Source: Promethearchaeota archaeon (GTDB lineage: Archaea > Asgardarchaeota > Lokiarchaeia > Sigyniarchaeales > SOKP01). Taken from it: 25,034 nucleotides of DNA. Position numbers and translations under genes: made by a program. The stretch lies in the NCBI GenBank assembly GCA_019057865.1, contig JAHLWP010000048.1, positions 1-25,034 of the forward strand. The letters are read 5' to 3'. Below the pieces are notes generated by a model. That model was not told the DNA's origin and did no database searches. It saw only the letters and a list, made by a program, of their open reading frames with translations. Shown piece after piece: positions 1 to 8,104 of this stretch (positions within the stretch are counted from its first letter, which is position 1; each line of letters starts with the position of its first letter).

Positions 1-43
1 TATTGAATTCAACCAGCTATAATCACTATGAAAATGTGATTAA

Positions 44-1552
44 ATGAAACATAAGAAATTTTTAGCTTTTATTGCGATAATTGTAATAATTTCTATGATA
101 TCTATAGTTTCTTTGTATATAATAATAAATACTCCAGGTAATATCCCACCAGATAATATTCCACCAATTGTTAATATTACGAAACCGACTGAAGGGGAGA
201 GTCTTTCTGGAACTACTACAATTACTTTTACTGCAACTGATCAGCAAGGGTTTATAAAAGAAAGACAGATTTTAATTGATGGAGTAATTGTTCAAACTTC
301 CTCCTACTCCTATATCTGGGATACGATACAAGAAGTAGATGGCTCACATACTATTCTCTGTAAAGCCAAAGATAAAACTGTCTGGGGATATGATGAAGTC
401 ACTGTGACTGTTGATAATGGTGGAGAGCCAGATACTACACCACCAAATGTTACTATTACTTCTCCTATCGAAGGTTCAACTGTTTCGGGTACCGTAACAA
501 TTACTATGGACGCTACTGATGCTAATGGAATCAGTTCTTACGCAATCTTTATTGATGGTACATTTAAATCTGATACACAATCTTATTTTTGGGATACAAT
601 TCAAGAATTGAATGGTTCTCACACTATTCTTTGTGAAGCTACTGATCTTTCTGCTAATACAGGCTCTGATTTAATATCCATAACTGTAAATAATACGGGT
701 ATTGAGCCTGAATCTCCTGTAATTTTTAAATTGATGACATTCAATATAAATGAGAGTGGAGAAAATCCTGATTGGAAATCAGTAGTAAAAGAAGAGAATG
801 CAGATATAATTATGTTTATAGAAACTGGATATTGGGATGACAATAGCAATGAAAAGCTAAATCAATATGTAAATGAGTTTAACACCTATTTTGCTGATGA
901 AGATCCTTATATTGGATATTGTACTCAAGGAATAACATATGGTACTGATGGAGCGGCAATTATGAGCCGCTATCCTGTTATTGCCTCTAATCAAATAACC
1001 CATGTTCCACTCGATAATAATACTAGTTATGATGTTACTCATGATTTCTTTGATGTAAAAGTAAATGTAAGCGGGACATTGATGCATATTATTGGTTCCC
1101 ATTTAAAAGCATTTACTGGATCTCAAAATGAACAAATTAGAGAATGGGAACAAGAAGGTATTATCAATTATATGGATAATTTAGGAAATATACCTATAGT
1201 TTATTTGGGTGATTTGAACTCCTTCTCTCCTGAAGATTGGGGCCTTAATACTCTTCAGAGTGGGCTTGGCTATGGTCCTTTAAGTATGATGGTCCCCCCT
1301 TATAACAATCCTGAAACTGGTGGTGATTATAGTGCTTATTCATCTGCAATTCATAATTGGACCGATATTCATCGAACTTTGAATCCTACTGATTGGGGTG
1401 TAACTTATCCAAGTGAAGATTCCCGTATCGATTTTATTTATGTCAATCAATTTTTATTTTCCAATATTATCAACTCTACCACTGGAGATACTGCCCATGC
1501 AATTTCTGGATCAGATCATTTCTCTGTTGATGTTTTCATTAATCTTACCTGA
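44..1552 (+). CDS. Membrane-anchored/secreted endonuclease/exonuclease/phosphatase (EEP) with two bacterial Ig-like domains
   Basis: N-terminal basic+hydrophobic segment (KHKKFLAFIAIIVIISMISIVSLYIII). Two Ig-like repeats (PPxVxITxPxEG...WDTIQExxGSHTILCxAxD). EEP motifs MTFNI, DIIMFIE, SHL, GDLNS, RIDFIY, SDH. Many N-x-S/T sequons. Confidence 0.9.
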   Translation: MKHKKFLAFIAIIVIISMISIVSLYIIINTPGNIPPDNIPPIVNITKPTEGESLSGTTTITFTATDQQGFIKERQILIDGVIVQTSSYSYIWDTIQEVDGSHTILCKAKDKTVWGYDEVTVTVDNGGEPDTTPPNVTITSPIEGSTVSGTVTITMDATDANGISSYAIFIDGTFKSDTQSYFWDTIQELNGSHTILCEATDLSANTGSDLISITVNNTGIEPESPVIFKLMTFNINESGENPDWKSVVKEENADIIMFIETGYWDDNSNEKLNQYVNEFNTYFADEDPYIGYCTQGITYGTDGAAIMSRYPVIASNQITHVPLDNNTSYDVTHDFFDVKVNVSGTLMHIIGSHLKAFTGSQNEQIREWEQEGIINYMDNLGNIPIVYLGDLNSFSPEDWGLNTLQSGLGYGPLSMMVPPYNNPETGGDYSAYSSAIHNWTDIHRTLNPTDWGVTYPSEDSRIDFIYVNQFLFSNIINSTTGDTAHAISGSDHFSVDVFINLT

Positions 1553-1715
1553 GTGTGAAGTTATAAAACAGCTCCCTCTGCTAATATAATTAATTTTCAA
1601 ACCTATTTTTTTAAGGATTCACAAACAAATAATAAAATAAATCATATCTCCAATTTATTTATTAATTCTAATTGACAATATTTCAATAAAGAGTATGAAA
1701 TTATATGCTTGAATT

Positions 1716-1731
1716 CTTTTCTTGAGAAAAG
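1716..1731. promoter_or_regulatory. Inverted repeat CTTTTCT-TG-AGAAAAG upstream of MNT gene, possible TA operator
   Basis: Perfect 7-bp arms with a 2-nt spacer, about 25 nt before the ATG at 1756. TA operons commonly autoregulate through palindromes. The function is inferred. Confidence 0.3.
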
Positions 1732-1755
1732 GAGTTTTTAAAAAAGGTCATAAAA

Positions 1756-2052
1756 ATGGTACAGGATAAAGAAGAAATTCTCAAAATGCTTAAAAAATTA
1801 AAAGCTGAAATTAAGAAAAATTATAAAGTGAAAAAAATTGGATTATTCGGGTCATATGTAAATAATAAGCAAAAAGAGACAAGTGATATCGATTTTTTAA
1901 TTGAATTTGAAGATGATGCTGATTTATTCCATTATATTGGGTTATCCCTCTTTTTAGAAGATCATTTTAATAGAAAGGTTGATGTGATATCAAAACCTAC
2001 ATTGAAAAAAGAATTAAGGGAACAAATTCTTCAAGAGGTAATATATGTCTAA
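1756..2052 (+). CDS. Minimal nucleotidyltransferase (MNT) antitoxin
   Basis: 98 aa with GLFGSY...SDIDFLIEF and C-terminal RKVDVI. Overlaps the start of a DUF86-like gene, the standard MNT-HEPN arrangement. Confidence 0.92.
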   Translation: MVQDKEEILKMLKKLKAEIKKNYKVKKIGLFGSYVNNKQKETSDIDFLIEFEDDADLFHYIGLSLFLEDHFNRKVDVISKPTLKKELREQILQEVIYV

Positions 2053-2410
2053 AAATTTTACAATTTACTTAAATGATATTAGAGAAGCAATAAATAGCAT
2101 AGAAATTTTTGTAGAAGGAATGACCTTTGAAGAATTTAAAAATGATGATAAAACTTCGAGTGCAGTTATTCGAAAATTTAGAAAAAATCTACATAAACTC
2201 ATTGAAGAAATTAATAATTACAATCAGATTTTTATAGAAAAGCGATTAAAAAATTATTCTTCCTTTTTAGATGGAAAAGATGATGGATTAAAGTATCCCT
2301 TAGATGAAGAACAAAGATTAGCCGTAATAAAAGATGATAAACATAACCTTGTAATTGCGGGAGCTGATTTCTTTAATATTTTATTTAATTTCTTATTCTT
2401 ATTATTATAA
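2045..2410 (+). pseudogene. Chimeric remnant: truncated HEPN/DUF86 toxin N-terminus fused in frame to a fragment of a UvrD/helicase IV-like protein
   Basis: aa 1-45 (YLNDIREAINSIEIFVEGMTFEEFKNDDKTSSAVIRKF) are typical of DUF86, but the EIIGEA and RxxxxH motifs are missing. aa 46-107 (PLDEEQRLAVIKDDKHNLVIAGA) match the SF1 helicase Q-motif and start of Walker A, broken before GSGKT. Confidence 0.8.
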
Positions 2411-2479
2411 AATAAAATTTGATCAAAAGTTATAGTTTTTATTCTAAAGGAAATTTACCAAATATACTAACATATTAAG

Positions 2480-2517
2480 TGTGATTAATTGGAATTATTT
2501 ATGCCTAAAGTTAAGAT
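2480..2517 (+). repeat. Intergenic element, intact copy (TGTGATTAATTGGAATTATTTATGCCTAAAGTTAAGAT)
   Basis: 2480-2503 matches 19365-19388 at 23/24 nt. 2501-2517 matches 24890-24906 at 16/17 nt. Confidence 0.7.
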
Positions 2518-2563
2518 ACAACAAATACTTCCAGATATAAAAAATTGCGTCGTTTTGTAGAAC

Positions 2564-3880
2564 CTAAAAATTTTTTTGATTATATCTTCTTACTTCTTTA
2601 TCAACAATTTTAGTTTTAATTTCGCTTGTTAACATTTCAAAGTTTTCATATTCTATCCTATCAAGACCTTGTAGATCAGCGGGAATCTTTTCTCCTCGCT
2701 TATGAATTATGTAAAATAGCTTTTTTGCGCCTCTAGCTAACCCTAATTCTAATGTTACATTTGGATTACTATTTGTTATATCATAAATCCCAAATTGCGT
2801 AGTAGATATCATATGTTCAATTTTATCTAATATATGAGTTCCATTTCCCATGAGCTCCAAATCTGCATAATAACCGTTTAATTCAGTCTCTTCAAATGCA
2901 TGCTGAATAGACTGGGTAAGTTCACTTTTATCGCCACGACTAAAATCATAGGCAACAAAAAAATGATATTTTTTCTTCTTAATTCTTTGACAATATTTCA
3001 CAACCTCTTGTGGATTAGTCACTGCTCCAGATTCATCAAACCCACATAAATCATTAATAATTGTGGATAAAATAGGAGTTTGATCAATAAATAGGGTCTT
3101 TAAGTTTACTAATTTTTCCAATCCTTTAATTTGAGTTATATTATTTCCTTTTAAGTTAAGGATCTCTAAATTTTTGAGATTTTCTAAAGATTTTATTTCC
3201 GAAATATAATTTTCTTCTAAATTTAATTCATTTAAAGTTATAAGAGATTCTAAACCTGCCATATCTTCTATACTGTTCTCATACAATTCTAAAACTTCTA
3301 ATCTCTTGAGATTTTTAAGACCTTTTATATCTTTAATATAATTCTCTCTTAAATTTAGAGTTTCTAAATTCATAAGAGAATCAAGTCCCTGAATTTTAGA
3401 TAATTGATTATAACTAAAATCTAAAACCCATAACTTATTTAAAGAATCAAGCCCTTTAATTTCAGATATCGAATTATTTGATAAATAAAATTCTTCTAAA
3501 TGCGTAAGATGATCCAGTCCTTTAATTTCAGTTATTTGATTACCATTTAAATTAAGAATTTCTAGAAATGTAAGATTTTCAAGCCCTTTAATCTCATTTA
3601 TTAGATTTTTCGCTAAGTTAAGTACTTCTAAATGTTCCAGTGTATTTAACCCGTTTATTTCTTTAATTTGGTTATCACTCAGGTCTAATTGTTCTAAATT
3701 AATGAGCTTTTTTAGACCTTTGATCTTGGAAATATTATTTCTACTTAAGTTCAAGACAGTTAGATCTGTAAGCTTAGTTAAGCCCTTAATTTTAGTTATA
3801 TCTTCTATATTTTTTGAACTTAAGTCTAATTCCCCTGATTTTAATTCATATTTAATTCCCTTATAAATTACATAAGTCAT
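2564..3880 (-). CDS. SDS22/internalin-type LRR protein with C-terminal nucleoside-deoxyribosyltransferase/TIR-like domain
   Basis: About 11 22-aa repeats LxxLxLxxNxIxxIxGLxxL. C-terminal FFVAYDF...QFGIYDITNSNPNVTLELGLARG...IPADLQG, where NPNVxxELGxA is the NDT-like catalytic motif. Confidence 0.85.
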   Translation of the reverse strand: MTYVIYKGIKYELKSGELDLSSKNIEDITKIKGLTKLTDLTVLNLSRNNISKIKGLKKLINLEQLDLSDNQIKEINGLNTLEHLEVLNLAKNLINEIKGLENLTFLEILNLNGNQITEIKGLDHLTHLEEFYLSNNSISEIKGLDSLNKLWVLDFSYNQLSKIQGLDSLMNLETLNLRENYIKDIKGLKNLKRLEVLELYENSIEDMAGLESLITLNELNLEENYISEIKSLENLKNLEILNLKGNNITQIKGLEKLVNLKTLFIDQTPILSTIINDLCGFDESGAVTNPQEVVKYCQRIKKKKYHFFVAYDFSRGDKSELTQSIQHAFEETELNGYYADLELMGNGTHILDKIEHMISTTQFGIYDITNSNPNVTLELGLARGAKKLFYIIHKRGEKIPADLQGLDRIEYENFEMLTSEIKTKIVDKEVRRYNQKNF

Positions 3881-3928
3881 TTTAATATAGGGTTTGTTTT
3901 CTTAAAGAAAAATTATTTAATATAGAAA

Positions 3929-6031
3929 TTATTCATTTTTCTCGGGATTAATTAATCTTAAAACCTCTTTGCCGAAAATTTCACTAAAAATGTCCTTCAT
4001 TTCGGGAGTTAAGTTATAAACACCTAATCTTTGATTAGTTTGGATTAATTCACTTCCTAACTCTTTTTCAACTTTCTTTATATATGTGAATATCTTCTGG
4101 TTTAGCCAATCAGATGGCCTATTTTTAAGGAAAAAAATTACTTTGAACCTGTTTCCGCAGATAAAATCGCCCATAACAAAACGTTTTTCATAACTTATCG
4201 ATAAGTTTTTCCCAGATTTAAATTCAGTTGCTATATCATCTAAAGCTTTAAAATATCCACCAAGAACATTGACATCAACATCTCCTATTGTTTGCATAAA
4301 TTCTTTATGAAAAATTACAGTACCACTTTCTGCATTTTGAATTAATATCAATTGGAGATTATCAATGTCAGGATCTTTTATATATGGGAGAGAGATAAAA
4401 TTGTTAATTTCTTTATCAGAATTTTTAATTATTTTATATAAATAATAAGGCTTTTTAATGTACTTCGCGTCTAGGATACTTTTCCAGAGTGGATCTTTAA
4501 TAAGTTCTGAAATAGCACCTTGAGAATCCTCTATCAAACATAATGGTACTCCAAATGCGATAGCAATGTAATATTCTAAAATATTTATATAATTACCATC
4601 AATTCCAATCATTTTTATTTCATTTAACTTAGCTGGAGAATTTAATATATCAAACCAATATTGAAAAATGATCGCTAAACATTCATCTAAAAGCACTGGT
4701 TTTTTGCGTACAATTTTTCCGATTATCTGTTTAAATTCAGTTCTTTGTGGTTCATATAAATAAGCTTTATAATTAGAGGTAAATGTATAAAAACCTAATA
4801 TTAATTTTTCTATATCATCGTTGTTGCAACCAGATATTAGGACTCCATCAAATTTGTTAAAAACATTGCTTAAATTCGTAATTAATTCGTTCAATTTGAG
4901 AGAACCATAGCTAGAAACACCACCTGCAGATATTACTATTGAATTTTCTAATTTAGGTAAAGTTACGTTAAGTTCTTCATTAATTAACTTATCTTTAATT
5001 TCTTTCCATTTATTAGTATTTTGGATCCCTAATTTTTTTAGAAAGAATCCTATACTTAATAAGAATAGAACTCTAACTTGTTTAAATCCAGGAATTTCCT
5101 CTTGAACTACTGTGGCTAATTCTAATGTTTTTAACGTAGTTTCTATAGTCCAAATATCTGGACTATCTCTTATTCCTAATAAAAAATAATAAAAACCTAA
5201 TTCAGTATTACCTAAAAACAAATGGAGGGTTCCTAAATCATAGAAAGCCCAAGGAATGTCTTCAGATTTTTTTATTTGCTCTTTTCTCTTTTGTATAGCT
5301 AGTTCTATATATTTCATATAACGTTTAATTGGCTTTATCTTTTTCTTAAGAGCAATTTCCAAAAGAATTACATTAACTAGCGGATAAGAGTAATCGCGAG
5401 CTAATTTCCATGCTTCTAAATAATAATTACAGGCTTTTTTATTGTCAATATATTTCCATCTTCCTCCTAAAATGGAATATGCATCAGAATCTTTTGGGTT
5501 TATTTGAATGGCATTTTCTAAGTAATCTAATCCCTCATTATATTCCAAAAAGGAATCAATAGATAATTTTGTTTTATAAAATCCTAGTTCTCTATATATT
5601 CGTGCTTTAATTTCTGACCTTGATTCTTTTTGGATATTTTCTTTTAAAACTCCTTCTAAAATTGCTACTGAATTTTTCCAATCCTCCATTCCTGAATATA
5701 TTTTAGCAATTTCAAGGGCTATTTCAATCTTTTCATTATTATTCTGAGATTTGGCATAGTTTGATCTTAAGGTATCGATTTCCTGATATTTCTGATAAGG
5801 ATCTCCATAGAGTGTGAAACCATATTCATATTCTTTAATTTTTCTAAAGATTTTATTCATTTGAACATTAAAAAGATTAAAACTTTCAAATAAATTATTC
5901 TTAATTTTTTCAAAAACTATAGATCTCTCTACTTTTTCAGTATCCTCGTAATATCTCTTTTTAAGTTCTTTTACTCTCTCTTCTAATAGTTTATTAAATT
6001 CCTCATAAGAACATAATTCTTTCTCATCCAT
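3929..6031 (-). CDS. TPR + degenerate SLOG + C-terminal longin-like domain protein (paralog of 6063-8072 lacking the synthetase domain)
   Basis: TPR motifs (IYRELGFY, DAYSILGGRWK, DIPWAFYDLG) are collinear with the neighbouring gene. SLOG-like region (SIVISAGG, GVLISG, IGIDGN..LEYYIA). The last ~140 aa (LILIQNAESGTVIF...GYFKALDDIATEF...RPSDWL...VEKELG) resemble Asgard longin-like domains. Confidence 0.7.
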   Translation of the reverse strand: MDEKELCSYEEFNKLLEERVKELKKRYYEDTEKVERSIVFEKIKNNLFESFNLFNVQMNKIFRKIKEYEYGFTLYGDPYQKYQEIDTLRSNYAKSQNNNEKIEIALEIAKIYSGMEDWKNSVAILEGVLKENIQKESRSEIKARIYRELGFYKTKLSIDSFLEYNEGLDYLENAIQINPKDSDAYSILGGRWKYIDNKKACNYYLEAWKLARDYSYPLVNVILLEIALKKKIKPIKRYMKYIELAIQKRKEQIKKSEDIPWAFYDLGTLHLFLGNTELGFYYFLLGIRDSPDIWTIETTLKTLELATVVQEEIPGFKQVRVLFLLSIGFFLKKLGIQNTNKWKEIKDKLINEELNVTLPKLENSIVISAGGVSSYGSLKLNELITNLSNVFNKFDGVLISGCNNDDIEKLILGFYTFTSNYKAYLYEPQRTEFKQIIGKIVRKKPVLLDECLAIIFQYWFDILNSPAKLNEIKMIGIDGNYINILEYYIAIAFGVPLCLIEDSQGAISELIKDPLWKSILDAKYIKKPYYLYKIIKNSDKEINNFISLPYIKDPDIDNLQLILIQNAESGTVIFHKEFMQTIGDVDVNVLGGYFKALDDIATEFKSGKNLSISYEKRFVMGDFICGNRFKVIFFLKNRPSDWLNQKIFTYIKKVEKELGSELIQTNQRLGVYNLTPEMKDIFSEIFGKEVLRLINPEKNE

Positions 6032-6062
6032 TTTATAAAAAACCTTTATTTTTCAATTGTTA

Positions 6063-8072
6063 TTAATATTTTGTTATAAAAAATTCAATATCCTTTTCTG
6101 TGTTTTCTAATAATTTCAACCGGGGCTTTTTGCCAATTTGAAAATCTTTCCAATTGGGATCTTGAATTAAAAGATCTGCACTACGTCCACTTCCTTCTAA
6201 TATGCCTAATTTTGCATTAAAAATTAATGCTATATAATATTCTAACCTTGCGATGTTTCCTCCACCAATTCCTAAGACTTTAACAAATTTACTTTGAATA
6301 TTACTTCCCCAGATATCTAACCAATAAGAAACTGCTTCCTTAATAGTAAAACCTAATCCATCAGTGTGCCTAATTTCACAATAACGATTGTCAATCTTTT
6401 CACTATCAGGTATTTCCTTTGGCACGTATCCTATGCTTTTAATTTTTTCACTATATAATTCTTCAAGCTGACCTCCAAAAGCACTTACACCTGCTAAGGT
6501 TCCTCCAGAGATTAAAGTCCCTTCATATTTATTAAATCCACTAAGAACATTTTTTTGATATTTTTCAATTAATTCCTCATCCTCATTTCTGGTAGAGCCA
6601 ATTATTATAACAACAGGAGGTTCAATCTTACTATATGATGATTTATAATATGATTTTAATCTATTTATTGCAGGCTCATCATCATATTTAAATGCAAGAC
6701 TTAATAATAGTAGGTTTTGGATCAAATCTAATCCAGGGAATAAATCTTTGAAGTTAGAAAGCAAATTTAATGTTTTAAATGTAGTTGATATCATCCAATC
6801 ATGATTAGAATATCGTACACCAAGAAGATAATTAATAAAGCTGTTCTGGAAATTACCAAGAAATAAATTAAAAAGACCTATATTATAATATGCCCATGGA
6901 ATATCAATTTCCAATTCAATTTGAGTATTACACCTTTCAATAGCATCTAAAATGAAAGGTTTTGATATTGTGATTAGATCTAGATTCCTCAATTTCCTTA
7001 ACTCATAAATTAAGTAGTTACCTAAAGAATATGCGTCGTGCGGATTTATCGCGAATGCTTTTTCATAACAATCCCGAGCTTTATCCTCATCAAAATCTTT
7101 ATAATAGCCTCCTAAAATTGCCATCGCATCCCAATCTAATGGATCCAATTGAATGACTTTCTTTAAATAAGATTCTGCTTTTTGGTATTCTTGGCTATCT
7201 TTTTTGTAATAACGTCTTATGGCAAAACCTAATTCTCTAAGTATAGGTGCTTTATCTAAATGGGCATATTTAGATAGTAAATTCACGACTCTTGACCAAT
7301 CTCCTATGTTTCTAGCCAATAACGCCATCTTATAAACAGTATCCACATTCTCAGTGTCAGCCTCATGAATAATCTGAAGAACTTCGAGTTTTTTAGTGAT
7401 TTCTTTTTCACTCAGATATCCACCAAAATTGGTTTCATAATCTTTTATTATCATTTTTATTCGGGAAATAGATTCGTCAATTTGTTCTAGGAGTGCTGCA
7501 GATCTATGAAACTCTCTTTTCCACTGATCCTTTAACTTATACGCTCCTTTATATCCTAAATCATGATATATGGAAGCATATGCATGTTCATTTATTGTAC
7601 GGACTTGAATCTCTGCTTTCTGCGACAAATAAGATTTAGGGATGTTCAAATCCTTATATAATGGAGAAGTTTCTTTTAAAGTAATTGAATAGGAATCAGT
7701 TCGATATCCAAACTCTGATACTGCTAAACTATCAACTTTATTCTTGCCTATGCTAGGATCAATTATAAAATTTTCTTTAATTAGCATAGATGCTCTTTTT
7801 ACGTCATCTATAGTTGGTAAAATAAGCCGTATTCCACATATATCTGTCATTTCTGTTATGGGATCTTTATAGTGTGGCTGACGTAGGATTTTTTCTGCAA
7901 AACTTGTTAACGATTTTACTCTAGTTTGTATTATATATTCTGTTGCGATTTGTTTGCCTATTCTATGCAGAATTTTTTTCAGGATTTTGTTGAATTTAAT
8001 GAATTGTGAATATCTTTCTTTATATAAATTTAGTTGTTCTTTAATTAGCAATTTTCTCTCTTCTTTCATCAC
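6063..8072 (-). CDS. RelA/SpoT-type alarmone synthetase domain + TPR + SLOG fusion
   Basis: Synthetase motifs RVKSLTSFAEK, DICGIR, FGYR, EIQVRT, HAYASIYHDLGYK. Central TPRs (ILRELGF, DAMAILGGYYKD, IPWAYYNIG). SLOG motifs VVIIIGST, LISGGTLAGVSAFGG, VLGIGGGNIARLEY. No HD hydrolase, TGS or ACT domain. Confidence 0.85.
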   Translation of the reverse strand: MMKEERKLLIKEQLNLYKERYSQFIKFNKILKKILHRIGKQIATEYIIQTRVKSLTSFAEKILRQPHYKDPITEMTDICGIRLILPTIDDVKRASMLIKENFIIDPSIGKNKVDSLAVSEFGYRTDSYSITLKETSPLYKDLNIPKSYLSQKAEIQVRTINEHAYASIYHDLGYKGAYKLKDQWKREFHRSAALLEQIDESISRIKMIIKDYETNFGGYLSEKEITKKLEVLQIIHEADTENVDTVYKMALLARNIGDWSRVVNLLSKYAHLDKAPILRELGFAIRRYYKKDSQEYQKAESYLKKVIQLDPLDWDAMAILGGYYKDFDEDKARDCYEKAFAINPHDAYSLGNYLIYELRKLRNLDLITISKPFILDAIERCNTQIELEIDIPWAYYNIGLFNLFLGNFQNSFINYLLGVRYSNHDWMISTTFKTLNLLSNFKDLFPGLDLIQNLLLLSLAFKYDDEPAINRLKSYYKSSYSKIEPPVVIIIGSTRNEDEELIEKYQKNVLSGFNKYEGTLISGGTLAGVSAFGGQLEELYSEKIKSIGYVPKEIPDSEKIDNRYCEIRHTDGLGFTIKEAVSYWLDIWGSNIQSKFVKVLGIGGGNIARLEYYIALIFNAKLGILEGSGRSADLLIQDPNWKDFQIGKKPRLKLLENTEKDIEFFITKY

Positions 8073-8104
8073 TAAATAACCTTATTCTTTGAATTTTATT
8101 AAAA

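Noticed and set aside
2501-2560. Micro-ORF MPKVKIQQILPDIKNCVVL and the similar MPKVKIRRIFEISF at 24890-24934
   Set aside because: Too short to call as genes. Kept only as evidence of the repeated element, although a decayed gene start cannot be excluded.
6063-8072. Calling this gene relA/spoT (stringent response)
   Set aside because: It lacks the HD, TGS and ACT domains. Only the synthetase domain is shared.
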